Part shown: in pieces, positions 15,443-23,240 of the stretch | Layout of the letters: the number at the start of each line of letters is the position of its first letter | Numbering within the stretch: the first letter of the stretch is position 1 | Origin: a virus | Lineage: Duplodnaviria; Caudoviricetes | Virus record (IMG/VR): IMGVR_UViG_3300037461_000785 | Span: 1-27,428 of that record | Length of the DNA: 27,428 bases | Reading direction: 5' to 3' (one strand) | The notes under the pieces: generated by a model | Databases searched by the model: none | Seen by the model: the letters and a program-made list of their open reading frames with translations, nothing else | What the model was told of the DNA's origin: nothing | Program-made: the position numbers and the translations under genes

Positions 15443-18232
15443 ATGGCTACTGATTCATATACAAATGCAGGTAGTTTTACTTGGACTTGTCCGGCAGGAG
15501 TAACTTCTGCTACTGTAGAGTGTTGGGGAGGTGGAGGAGCTGGTGGAGGGTTGACTACAGATGCCTTGTATTGTGGTGGAGGTGGAGGAGCGGGGGGACA
15601 GTATTCTACTAAGGTAGTTTCTGTAACACCAACTACTGAATATACAGTAGTAGTTGCAGCAACAAGAAGCGGAGGAACTGGTGATGGGGGAACTGGTAAT
15701 GATTCAACTTTTAACACGACAACTGTAGTAGCTAAAGGAGGAGCAGGAGGAAAAAGTTACGAAAATGGAGGAGGGGGAGGTTCGGGATCAACAACTGGGG
15801 GAGTAGGAGATACGGTATATGCTGGTGGTAATGGATCGAATAAAGGTGTTGGTCAAAGAAGCGGGGCCGGAGGTGGAGGAGCTGGAAGCGGAGGAACAGG
15901 GGGAAATGCTTCTGGAATAACAGCAGGAACAGGAACAGCAACGGGAGGAGGAGATGGAGGAGCAGGAAGAACAACTAATGGAAATGGTAATGCAGGAACT
16001 GCAGCAGGTGGTGGTGGTGGTGGTGGTTCAAATGGAGCCTCAACAGATAATAGGAATGGAGGAACAGGAGCAAAGGGTAGAGTAGATATAACTTATACAG
16101 TAGAAGCAGGAACAACTTCTTCTTCAGCTTCTGGTTCTAAATCTGGGAGTGCTTCTCAAAGTCCTTCAGCTTCTCAATCACCATCAGGTAGTCAGAGTCC
16201 TAGTGCGTCTGAAAGTGCAAGTGGTTCTAAATCTGGAAGTGCCTCTGGATCAGCTAGCGGATCTAAATCTGAGTCAAAAAGTCTTTCTCCTTCAGCATCA
16301 GGGTCTAAAAGTGGTAGTGCATCCGGTAGTGCTTCTGGAAGTGCCTCTGGATCAAAATCACAAAGTCCTAGTGCTTCTGGAAGTGCGTCAGGGAGTGCAT
16401 CTGGCTCGGCCAGTGGAAGCGCATCTGGATCAAAAAGCCTATCACCTAGTGCTTCCGGTTCGGCCAGTGGATCAGCTTCCGGTTCTAAATCGCAAAGTCC
16501 TTCAGCAAGTGAGAGTGCTTCACAAAGCCCTTCAGCTTCCGTAAGTGCTTCTGGGTCAGCTAGTGGAAGTAAATCAGAAAGTAAAAGTGTTTCTGCCTCA
16601 TTAAGTCCTAGTGCTTCAGAAAGCGAGTCAGGATCAGAGTCAGAATCCAAGTCTGAGTCTGCTTCTCCAAGTGAATCAGGAGGTACAGTTAGTTCTTCAC
16701 AAAGTGAATCTAAAAGCCAATCGCCTTCAGCATCAGAATCTAAGTCTCAAAGTCCAAGTGCTAGCGAATCAGCAAGCGGTAGTGCTTCAGGATCTAAATC
16801 TGAAAGCAAATCTTTAAGTCCTTCCGCTAGTGAAAGTGCTAGCGGTTCAGCTTCCGGAAGTAAGTCATTGAGTCCAAGTGGATCCGGTTCAGCCAGTGGA
16901 AGTAAATCTGAGTCAAAAAGTCAGTCTCCTAGCGCATCAGGATCAGCCTCAGGTTCAGCTAGTGGTTCTGCTTCAGGGTCTAAATCTTTAAGTCCTTCCG
17001 CTAGTGAAAGTGCGTCAGGTAGTGCATCTGGTTCTAAGTCTGGTTCAGCTTCAGAAAGTGCATCACAATCTCCTTCTGCTTCTGGCAGTAAATCCGGATC
17101 GGCATCAGGAAGTGCTAGTGAATCAAAATCAGAATCTAAATCACTGTCTCCTTCAGCTTCAGGTTCGGCTAGCGGAAGTAAGTCTGGGAGCAAGTCAGAA
17201 TCTGCATCTGTAAGTCCGTCAGCTTCCGGTTCAGCTTCTGGATCTGCTAGTGGCTCTAAATCTCAATCCCCATCTGCTAGTGGAAGTGCTTCCGGAAGTG
17301 CTAGTGGTTCTGCTTCGGGTAGTGCTAGTGGGTCAAAATCTGGTAGTAAATCAGAATCTAAGTCTCAATCTCCTTCAGCTAGTGGTAGTGCTAGCGGTTC
17401 AGCAAGCGGATCTGCAAGTGGATCAGCTTCAGAAAGTGCATCACAATCTCCTAGCGGTTCCGGTAGTGCGTCAGGGTCTAAATCTGAAAGCAAGTCGTTA
17501 TCTCCTTCAGGAAGCGGTAGTGCTAGTGAAAGTAAAAGTTTGTCGCCATCTGCATCAGCAAGCGAGTCTGCGGGTGGTATTTCCGGTTCAGCTTCAGGAT
17601 CTTTATCCGAAAGTAAAAGTCAAAGTCCTTCAGGAAGTCAATCGCCTTCTGCTTCAGGTTCTAAGTCTGGTTCTAAATCAGAATCAGCTAGTGAGTCTAA
17701 AAGTGGATCAGCTTCCGGATCTAAATCTGGAAGTAAATCAGAAAGTAAAAGTGTTTCTCCTTCCGCTTCCGGTTCTGCCTCAGGTAGTGCAAGCGGAAGT
17801 AAATCAGGTTCTGCGTCTGAAAGTAAATCTGAATCGGCTTCGGGTAGTGCATCCGGATCTAAAAGTGCAAGTAAGTCAGAGTCTGAATCTGAAAGTAAAT
17901 CCGAGTCTAAAAGTGAATCAAAATCTCAATCTCCTTCTGGTAGTGAGAGTAGATCAGAATCAAAGTCAGAAAGCAAATCAGAGTCTAAGTCTGAATCTAA
18001 AAGTCTTAGTCCTTCAGGTAGCGGTAGTGCTTCATATTCAGTCAGTCCTAGTGCTAGCCCATCAGCATCTGTTATTGAATATATTGCTAAATACAAAGAG
18101 TGGGATAGTTTACCTGATGTTGTTGAAGATGATCCGATTGGAGATAATGTACTTGAAAGTAGTGCTAGTCCAAGTGAAATTGTTTGGACTGCTAAGTATA
18201 AAGAGTGGGATGATTTACCGGAATCGGACTAA
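15443..18232 (+). CDS. Glycine-rich domain virion/fibre protein with ~650 aa Ser-X stalk
   Basis: N-terminal GSFTWTCPAGVTSATVECWGGGG...GRVDITY glycine-rich domain typical of phage fibre and surface proteins, a long Ser-X tract, and a duplicated AKYKEWDxLP tail. Confidence 0.85.
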   Translation: MATDSYTNAGSFTWTCPAGVTSATVECWGGGGAGGGLTTDALYCGGGGGAGGQYSTKVVSVTPTTEYTVVVAATRSGGTGDGGTGNDSTFNTTTVVAKGGAGGKSYENGGGGGSGSTTGGVGDTVYAGGNGSNKGVGQRSGAGGGGAGSGGTGGNASGITAGTGTATGGGDGGAGRTTNGNGNAGTAAGGGGGGGSNGASTDNRNGGTGAKGRVDITYTVEAGTTSSSASGSKSGSASQSPSASQSPSGSQSPSASESASGSKSGSASGSASGSKSESKSLSPSASGSKSGSASGSASGSASGSKSQSPSASGSASGSASGSASGSASGSKSLSPSASGSASGSASGSKSQSPSASESASQSPSASVSASGSASGSKSESKSVSASLSPSASESESGSESESKSESASPSESGGTVSSSQSESKSQSPSASESKSQSPSASESASGSASGSKSESKSLSPSASESASGSASGSKSLSPSGSGSASGSKSESKSQSPSASGSASGSASGSASGSKSLSPSASESASGSASGSKSGSASESASQSPSASGSKSGSASGSASESKSESKSLSPSASGSASGSKSGSKSESASVSPSASGSASGSASGSKSQSPSASGSASGSASGSASGSASGSKSGSKSESKSQSPSASGSASGSASGSASGSASESASQSPSGSGSASGSKSESKSLSPSGSGSASESKSLSPSASASESAGGISGSASGSLSESKSQSPSGSQSPSASGSKSGSKSESASESKSGSASGSKSGSKSESKSVSPSASGSASGSASGSKSGSASESKSESASGSASGSKSASKSESESESKSESKSESKSQSPSGSESRSESKSESKSESKSESKSLSPSGSGSASYSVSPSASPSASVIEYIAKYKEWDSLPDVVEDDPIGDNVLESSASPSEIVWTAKYKEWDDLPESD
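16118..18070 (+). repeat. Ser-X dipeptide coding repeat tract 3
   Basis: About 1.95 kb of SGSA/SKSE/S[QLV]SPS units with heavily varied synonymous codons. Confidence 0.95.
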
Positions 18233-18234
18233 AA

Positions 18235-18264
18235 TTGCCATAAAATAAAATTTTAGTTTAATCT
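18235..18264 (+). promoter_or_regulatory. Conserved phage promoter copy 2 (TTGCCA-18-TAATCT)
   Basis: TTGCCATAAAATAAAATTTTAGTTTAATCT, with ATG 6 nt later (18271). Confidence 0.8.
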
Positions 18265-18270
18265 AATATT

Positions 18271-19869
18271 ATGAAATATGAAATAAAAGAGTTTGGTGGA
18301 GGTATTTCCAGTTTCTCTGATCGGGGTATAAGGGGAAGTTTTAAGTTTGGATCAAACCTTTCAATTAGAAAAACCGTTGATACATTGTCCTGCGGTCAGG
18401 CAATGAAAGAGGAAGGATTGTTTGAGACAAGTCATTCACAATCCAGTTCTTTATCCCAAAGTACTTCTCAATCGCCAAGCGGAAGCGGTAGTCCTTCAAC
18501 AAGTTACAGTAACTCACAATCAGCCTCAGCTTCGCCTTCCGGTTCAGAATCAAAAAGCGGATCCAAAAGTGCCAGTCCGTCAGGATCAGCATCCCCTTCC
18601 GGATCAGCAAGTTCTTCACCATCACCTTCTACAGGACTCTACAATGTCTACACAGACCTTGTAATTGCCTGGGTAAAGGCAACTGATGGAAATACTTATG
18701 GATTCGGTAATGCCGGACATATTTACAGGCGGTATTCAGACGGATTTACCAGAATGGTTTATACCGATCCTAATGGAGGAATCAAAGGGGCGGTAGAGAA
18801 ACCTTCAGATAGTGGTAAAACATATCTTCAATGGGCTACAAGCACTAAAGTTATGCAAAAAGAATTACCCGGTTTAAGTAATTGGTCAGATGTAGAAACG
18901 GTGGCAGAAAACCTAACTGATGCAACCTGGCATACTATGAAACAGATAGGTGGAGCAAATTACATTTGTAATGGCTCAAGAATAGCTTTGGTAGGATATG
19001 ATGGTTCATGGACAAATGAAGCACTGGATATTATACCGGGAAATATAGCCAAGACTATTATTGAACGGAACGGCAGGGCAGTAGTAGGTACATATAAATC
19101 AGGTTATCCTAATAAAGGAGTAAATGGTGCTATTGATTGCGAACAACCTCTAATTCAAATCGGAGATGATGGGGAACTGTTTTTCTCTAATTTTACGGAT
19201 TCAATGCCTATAAAGAGGTTTCCTGGAGGGGGTAGGATAAATCCTCATGGCGTAGCCAATGAAGTAGAACAAATTGAGATCTTTGACTGGATATATGGAG
19301 CTGATAGTTGGGTAGATAAACAAACAATGGGTAATATGTCTATCTGGGGAGTGTTTGAGGCAGATTCGGGGAAGAACGGCCTGTATTATTATGGCCGTAA
19401 AAACAAAGAACAACCTTTTACTTTAAACCTTGAGTATGCAATGGCTGTAGATGAGATTGGAGCAGTTTGTACAGTAGAAGGAGTCACTTTTGCCAGTTAT
19501 AGGGATGGGAATGATTTTGGAGTTAGGGCAGTTGATCCGACTACCAAAGCAACCGGAACTTATGAAGGTTTGGAATTTAGAACACCGATTAAAAAAGTAA
19601 ATCAAATTACCATATTTAATCATGTAGAAATATTTATGGATGAATTTCCGGCCGGTTGCAGTATTGCTTTCTATTACCAGAAAAATAAATCGGGTACTTG
19701 GGTACAGGCTTATACCGCTGATGGTAATACGACCTATTCTACAACAGGAGGCAAGAAAGCAGTATTTAGGTTGGGTGAGGAGATGGATATTTATGAACCC
19801 CGGATAGTTATGACTCCTAATGGAAATACTACCCCGGAAATATTCCGTATAGTAACAGATTTTACATAA
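18271..19869 (+). CDS. Putative tail hub / head-closure beta-rich protein (P22 gp10/T7 gp12-like role) with internal Ser-X insertion
   Basis: The IKEFGGGIS N-terminus, propeller-like beta-rich body and C-terminal TPEIFRIVTDF strand resemble podovirus-type nozzle proteins. Ser-X loop at about aa 54-120. The assignment is inferred. Confidence 0.55.
   Translation: MKYEIKEFGGGISSFSDRGIRGSFKFGSNLSIRKTVDTLSCGQAMKEEGLFETSHSQSSSLSQSTSQSPSGSGSPSTSYSNSQSASASPSGSESKSGSKSASPSGSASPSGSASSSPSPSTGLYNVYTDLVIAWVKATDGNTYGFGNAGHIYRRYSDGFTRMVYTDPNGGIKGAVEKPSDSGKTYLQWATSTKVMQKELPGLSNWSDVETVAENLTDATWHTMKQIGGANYICNGSRIALVGYDGSWTNEALDIIPGNIAKTIIERNGRAVVGTYKSGYPNKGVNGAIDCEQPLIQIGDDGELFFSNFTDSMPIKRFPGGGRINPHGVANEVEQIEIFDWIYGADSWVDKQTMGNMSIWGVFEADSGKNGLYYYGRKNKEQPFTLNLEYAMAVDEIGAVCTVEGVTFASYRDGNDFGVRAVDPTTKATGTYEGLEFRTPIKKVNQITIFNHVEIFMDEFPAGCSIAFYYQKNKSGTWVQAYTADGNTTYSTTGGKKAVFRLGEEMDIYEPRIVMTPNGNTTPEIFRIVTDFT
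18430..18630 (+). repeat. Ser-X dipeptide coding repeat tract 4 (internal insertion)
   Basis: SHSQSSSLSQSTSQSPSGSG...SPSPS, about 67 codons. Confidence 0.9.
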
Positions 19870-19870
19870 A

Positions 19871-20362
19871 ATGGATGATAAAGTTTATGTACCAGAAGTT
19901 ATAAATGAAAATCCTTTCCCCGGAGAGGTTGTACAGCCTTTGTCATCTTCATTTCAACCAACAGGAGGTAACTATACTCCCGCTACAACCATAGAAAAGA
20001 CTTTTCCTATTAAAAGAACCGCTATAGAGCTTCTTAGTACAGCCCTTAATACAAGAAGCAAAAAGATATTGCAGGAGTTTAAATTGGAACAATCCGGAGG
20101 TTTTCAGATAGGTAATTTTGAAGAAGGTACTTCAGGAGATTTAAGGTTAACTCCTAACGGAATAACAGCCAGAAATGTAGCAGGATTGACTACTTTTGAT
20201 ATAGATGGAGATACTGGAGATGCTATATTTGCAGGACAAGTAAGAGCCGGATCAACTATTGTTTCTGATACTATTATTACTGAAAAAGCCTCAACAGGTA
20301 ACGGCCGGACTGTTTATTACACTAACGGAATCCCTACTATTTTAATAGGAGATCCGGATTAA
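19871..20362 (+). CDS. Putative tail protein
   Basis: LRLTPNGITARN...TFDIDGDTGDAIFAG resembles beta-helical tail spike segments; lies in a structural gene context. Confidence 0.5.
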   Translation: MDDKVYVPEVINENPFPGEVVQPLSSSFQPTGGNYTPATTIEKTFPIKRTAIELLSTALNTRSKKILQEFKLEQSGGFQIGNFEEGTSGDLRLTPNGITARNVAGLTTFDIDGDTGDAIFAGQVRAGSTIVSDTIITEKASTGNGRTVYYTNGIPTILIGDPD

Positions 20363-20363
20363 A

Positions 20364-20696
20364 ATGAGTGTAATACGAGTAGCACTTCCGGGATATGATG
20401 CTTTAACTGATACTGATCCTCAGCATTTTTCACTTTTTTCAGATACGGATAATGTTTTAATTAAAGAGTTTGATAGGGGTAGCGGAAACGGAAATGCAAC
20501 CATAAACCACAATTTAGGTTATGTGCCTTTTTTTCTTGTATATACTGATATAGGAGGCGGTAGGTTTAGAGTAGTTAACGCCCAAAATCCCTTAGGCGGA
20601 GGGCCACAAGTATATACAACAACTACAGATTTAATTATTGCTAACAATGCCGGAGCGGATTACCAGTATTATATATTTTATGACAATGTTGTATGA
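20364..20696 (+). CDS. Small tail-associated protein, paralogue 1
   Basis: IRVALPGYDAL...DP...HNLGYVPFFLVY...YYIFYD. Confidence 0.6.
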   Translation: MSVIRVALPGYDALTDTDPQHFSLFSDTDNVLIKEFDRGSGNGNATINHNLGYVPFFLVYTDIGGGRFRVVNAQNPLGGGPQVYTTTTDLIIANNAGADYQYYIFYDNVV

Positions 20697-21565
20697 CACA
20701 GGAAATAAGGGTAGCCAAACAAGGTAAAAGTGTTTATTCTACAGATCCTAATGATTTTATTTTTCATAGTGCTTATAACACATTCAAAATTCTCTCTGAA
20801 GGTTTATTGACTGATCAAACCGTTAATGCTAATCCTAAGACTTTTACGGTAGCTCATGGACAATCAACGACTCCTTCGGTTTATGCTCTTGCTAAGTTTC
20901 CTGATGGATATGTAGCACAACCTAATGATAAAGAACGTAACGATAATATACCGCCAATAGGAAGATATTGGAGAGTTGAAGTTGATGGTACAAATGTCTA
21001 TTTTATTTTTTATCAAAAGACAGGAACTAGCGGTAGCCCGATTTTATATCCTGGAACAGTAAGTGATGATGATAGAACCGGAACTATTAGTTGGAGTAAC
21101 ACAAGTAATGCTACAACCAGCAACAATAGTTATGCTACGGCTACATTTTCAGGAGCTGCAACCAGCCATTATCTTAAATTTAATAACTTTGGATTTAATA
21201 TACCTTCTGATGCAACAATAACAGGAGTGACTTTAAAAAAAGAAGGTTATTATTCCGGTTCTCCGGTAGGTTCTAGTAATGCTAGACTTAACATTGGTGA
21301 TAGTCCTTCAGGCGATACAAAAACAACTAATTTCACTAGCTCCGATAGTGTTATTACTGAGGGTGGATCATCTGATTTATGGGGTAATTCTTTAACACCA
21401 ACAATAGTAAATTCAAGTGACTTTGGAGCATTTTTATGGACAGAATTAAGTAGCGGTTCGGGTGTGATTTATATAGATTGTATAAATATTCAAGTCAGTT
21501 TTACCAGGCTTCTTGGTAATTACAATGTTTCTTTTAAATATTATATATTTGAAACTCCCTTATGA
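20693..21565 (+). CDS. Tail-associated protein, paralogue 2, with inserted ~160 aa beta-sandwich domain
   Basis: IRVAKQG...DPNDFIFHSAY...VAHGQSTTP, then the insert WSN...NFGFNIPSDATITGV...GGSSDLWG...YIDCINIQV, then FKYYIF. Confidence 0.6.
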   Translation: MTQEIRVAKQGKSVYSTDPNDFIFHSAYNTFKILSEGLLTDQTVNANPKTFTVAHGQSTTPSVYALAKFPDGYVAQPNDKERNDNIPPIGRYWRVEVDGTNVYFIFYQKTGTSGSPILYPGTVSDDDRTGTISWSNTSNATTSNNSYATATFSGAATSHYLKFNNFGFNIPSDATITGVTLKKEGYYSGSPVGSSNARLNIGDSPSGDTKTTNFTSSDSVITEGGSSDLWGNSLTPTIVNSSDFGAFLWTELSSGSGVIYIDCINIQVSFTRLLGNYNVSFKYYIFETPL

Positions 21566-21939
21566 AAATACGAATAGCTAAACCTGGATATAACGTCTTA
21601 ACTGAAACTGATCTTGATAATATTATATTTGATTCGGCTTACGATACTCTTAAATATCATTTAAGCGGTACTAAATCCCTTGTGGTTGCCGGTAGTGATG
21701 CGGAAACAACTGTTACTCATGGATTGGGTTATATTCCTTTTTTTATTGTGTTTGTTCAGAATCCATCTGTTACTACCCGTTATTCAATGACTCCGTATGT
21801 TTTTGAAGATGTAGCAGATTATGCATATTTATCAGCTTATGCAGACTCGGATAAGATTTATTTTACCGCACATACTAATACGCTAAACGCTACCGTTAAT
21901 TATTATTATAAAGTGTTCCGTAACAATACAGGTTTATAG
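21562..21939 (+). CDS. Small tail-associated protein, paralogue 3
   Basis: IRIAKPGYNVL...IIFDSAYDTLK...THGLGYIPFFIVF...YYYKVF. Confidence 0.6.
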   Translation: MKIRIAKPGYNVLTETDLDNIIFDSAYDTLKYHLSGTKSLVVAGSDAETTVTHGLGYIPFFIVFVQNPSVTTRYSMTPYVFEDVADYAYLSAYADSDKIYFTAHTNTLNATVNYYYKVFRNNTGL

Positions 21940-21969
21940 TTGCCATAAAATAAAAATATACTTTATTCT
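21940..21969 (+). promoter_or_regulatory. Conserved phage promoter copy 3 (TTGCCA-18-TATTCT)
   Basis: TTGCCATAAAATAAAAATATACTTTATTCT, with ATG 6 nt later (21976). Confidence 0.78.
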
Positions 21970-21975
21970 TATAAC

Positions 21976-22686
21976 ATGATAACTTATTTAGATATTGACC
22001 AGGCGATACAGGATGATTTAACTGTTGGGGATGAAAGTACTCTTTATTCTCCGGCACTACGAAAAAGGATAATAAATAGGGCATATCATAAAGTAGGCGG
22101 TTTATTTCCTTGGCCGGAACTTCAGGATGCTAAAAAAACTAACACTCAAGTAAACCAGGAATATTATGATTATCCTCGTAACTGGAGGTCAAATTCCATC
22201 TGGAAGGTAGTTATTGATAATGTCCGTTATGGAGAAGATCCTGATGGAAGTCCGCTTTCCTTTGATGATTACTTGAATTGGAAAGAGGATTATCCCGATT
22301 CGACCGAGAAGAAATGGGCTAACCAATGGAGAAGATTCTTTGTTTGGCCTGTTCCTACTACACTTGGAAGCTATAATCTCCATGTTTGGGGAATAAAGGT
22401 TGTTGCTGATTTAAGTGCTGATGATGATGTTACTGTCTTTTCTTATTCTACTCCTGAAGCAAATGAAGCAATCCAACTTGAAGCAGTTGCTATCCTCAGA
22501 TCAAAAGGAGATAATGATAAAGGAGCAGGATTTAAGAGTATGGAAGCAAAACAAATTCTTATTAGTGCTTGGGATAAGATAGCAAAAGAACAAGCTAAAT
22601 ATGAAAAGAATCAGCCGTTCTTTTATGTAACTGATATGTATGGCGGTACTAATAGTGAAGATTTAAGAGGAAAATTTGACCTGTAA
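21976..22686 (+). CDS. Putative head-tail adaptor protein
   Basis: Helical N-terminus (INRAY...WP), then QEYYDYP, FFVWPVP and helical EAIQLEAVA. This layout is typical of phage adaptor (gp4/gp11-like) proteins. Confidence 0.6.
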   Translation: MITYLDIDQAIQDDLTVGDESTLYSPALRKRIINRAYHKVGGLFPWPELQDAKKTNTQVNQEYYDYPRNWRSNSIWKVVIDNVRYGEDPDGSPLSFDDYLNWKEDYPDSTEKKWANQWRRFFVWPVPTTLGSYNLHVWGIKVVADLSADDDVTVFSYSTPEANEAIQLEAVAILRSKGDNDKGAGFKSMEAKQILISAWDKIAKEQAKYEKNQPFFYVTDMYGGTNSEDLRGKFDL

Positions 22687-22690
22687 AAAT

Positions 22691-23227
22691 ATGAATAAAA
22701 TTTATTTAAAAGGGAAAAACGCTATCGGTAAATACGTTATTGTTGATAATGAGGATTTTTATTGGTTAAATAAATTTAATTGGTATTTAAATAAAAACTT
22801 ACACTACCCATTTAATGAATATGCTAGAAGAAATAGACTTAATAAAAACAACTCAGATCAAATTTTAATGCATAGAGTAATTTTGGAGAAATATAAAATA
22901 AAGATTGAAAATAAATTGATAGATCATATAAATAACAATAGTCTTGATAATAGAAAGAGTAATTTAAGAATAGCTACTAAATCACAAAATAAAGCTCATG
23001 GACAGATATATAAAAATAACTCAACTGGATATAGAGGAGTTTATTATGAAGAAAATTTTAGACCTAATAAAAAATGGAGGGTTAGGATATCTGTAAATGG
23101 AAAAGATAAGCACGTAGGTAGATATAAAACTAAAGAAGAAGCAGCATTAGCCTATAATGAAGTTGCTATACAATATTTCGGTAAGTTTGCATATATTAAC
23201 CAAAGTTTGCATATATTAACCAGATAG
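22691..23227 (+). CDS. HNH endonuclease with AP2 domain (second copy)
   Basis: IVDNEDF, MHRVI, IDHINNNSLDNRKSNLR and TGYRGVY...WRVRI...GRYKTKEEAALAYNEVA...FGKFA. Very AT-rich; ATG at 22691. Confidence 0.92.
   Translation: MNKIYLKGKNAIGKYVIVDNEDFYWLNKFNWYLNKNLHYPFNEYARRNRLNKNNSDQILMHRVILEKYKIKIENKLIDHINNNSLDNRKSNLRIATKSQNKAHGQIYKNNSTGYRGVYYEENFRPNKKWRVRISVNGKDKHVGRYKTKEEAALAYNEVAIQYFGKFAYINQSLHILTR
23183..23222 (+). repeat. Perfect 20-bp tandem duplication
   Basis: aagtttgcatatattaacca at 23183-23202 and again at 23203-23222. Confidence 0.95.
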
Positions 23228-23240
23228 GAGGAAATCTTTA

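Noticed and set aside
14374-18232. Bacterial serine-rich repeat adhesin locus with accessory Sec
   Set aside because: No signal peptides, LPxTG anchor, secA2/secY2/asp or gtfA/B; the neighbours are phage-type structural and HNH genes.
105-18630. CRISPR array or DGR template/variable repeat
   Set aside because: The repeats are in-frame coding, degenerate and spacer-less. No reverse transcriptase or adenine-specific repeat pair was seen.
16149-18664. Alternative-frame L/Q/V-rich and D/A/L-rich ORFs, including the 332-aa 17250..18248
   Set aside because: Frame shadows of the Ser-X tracts with no independent start signals or domains.
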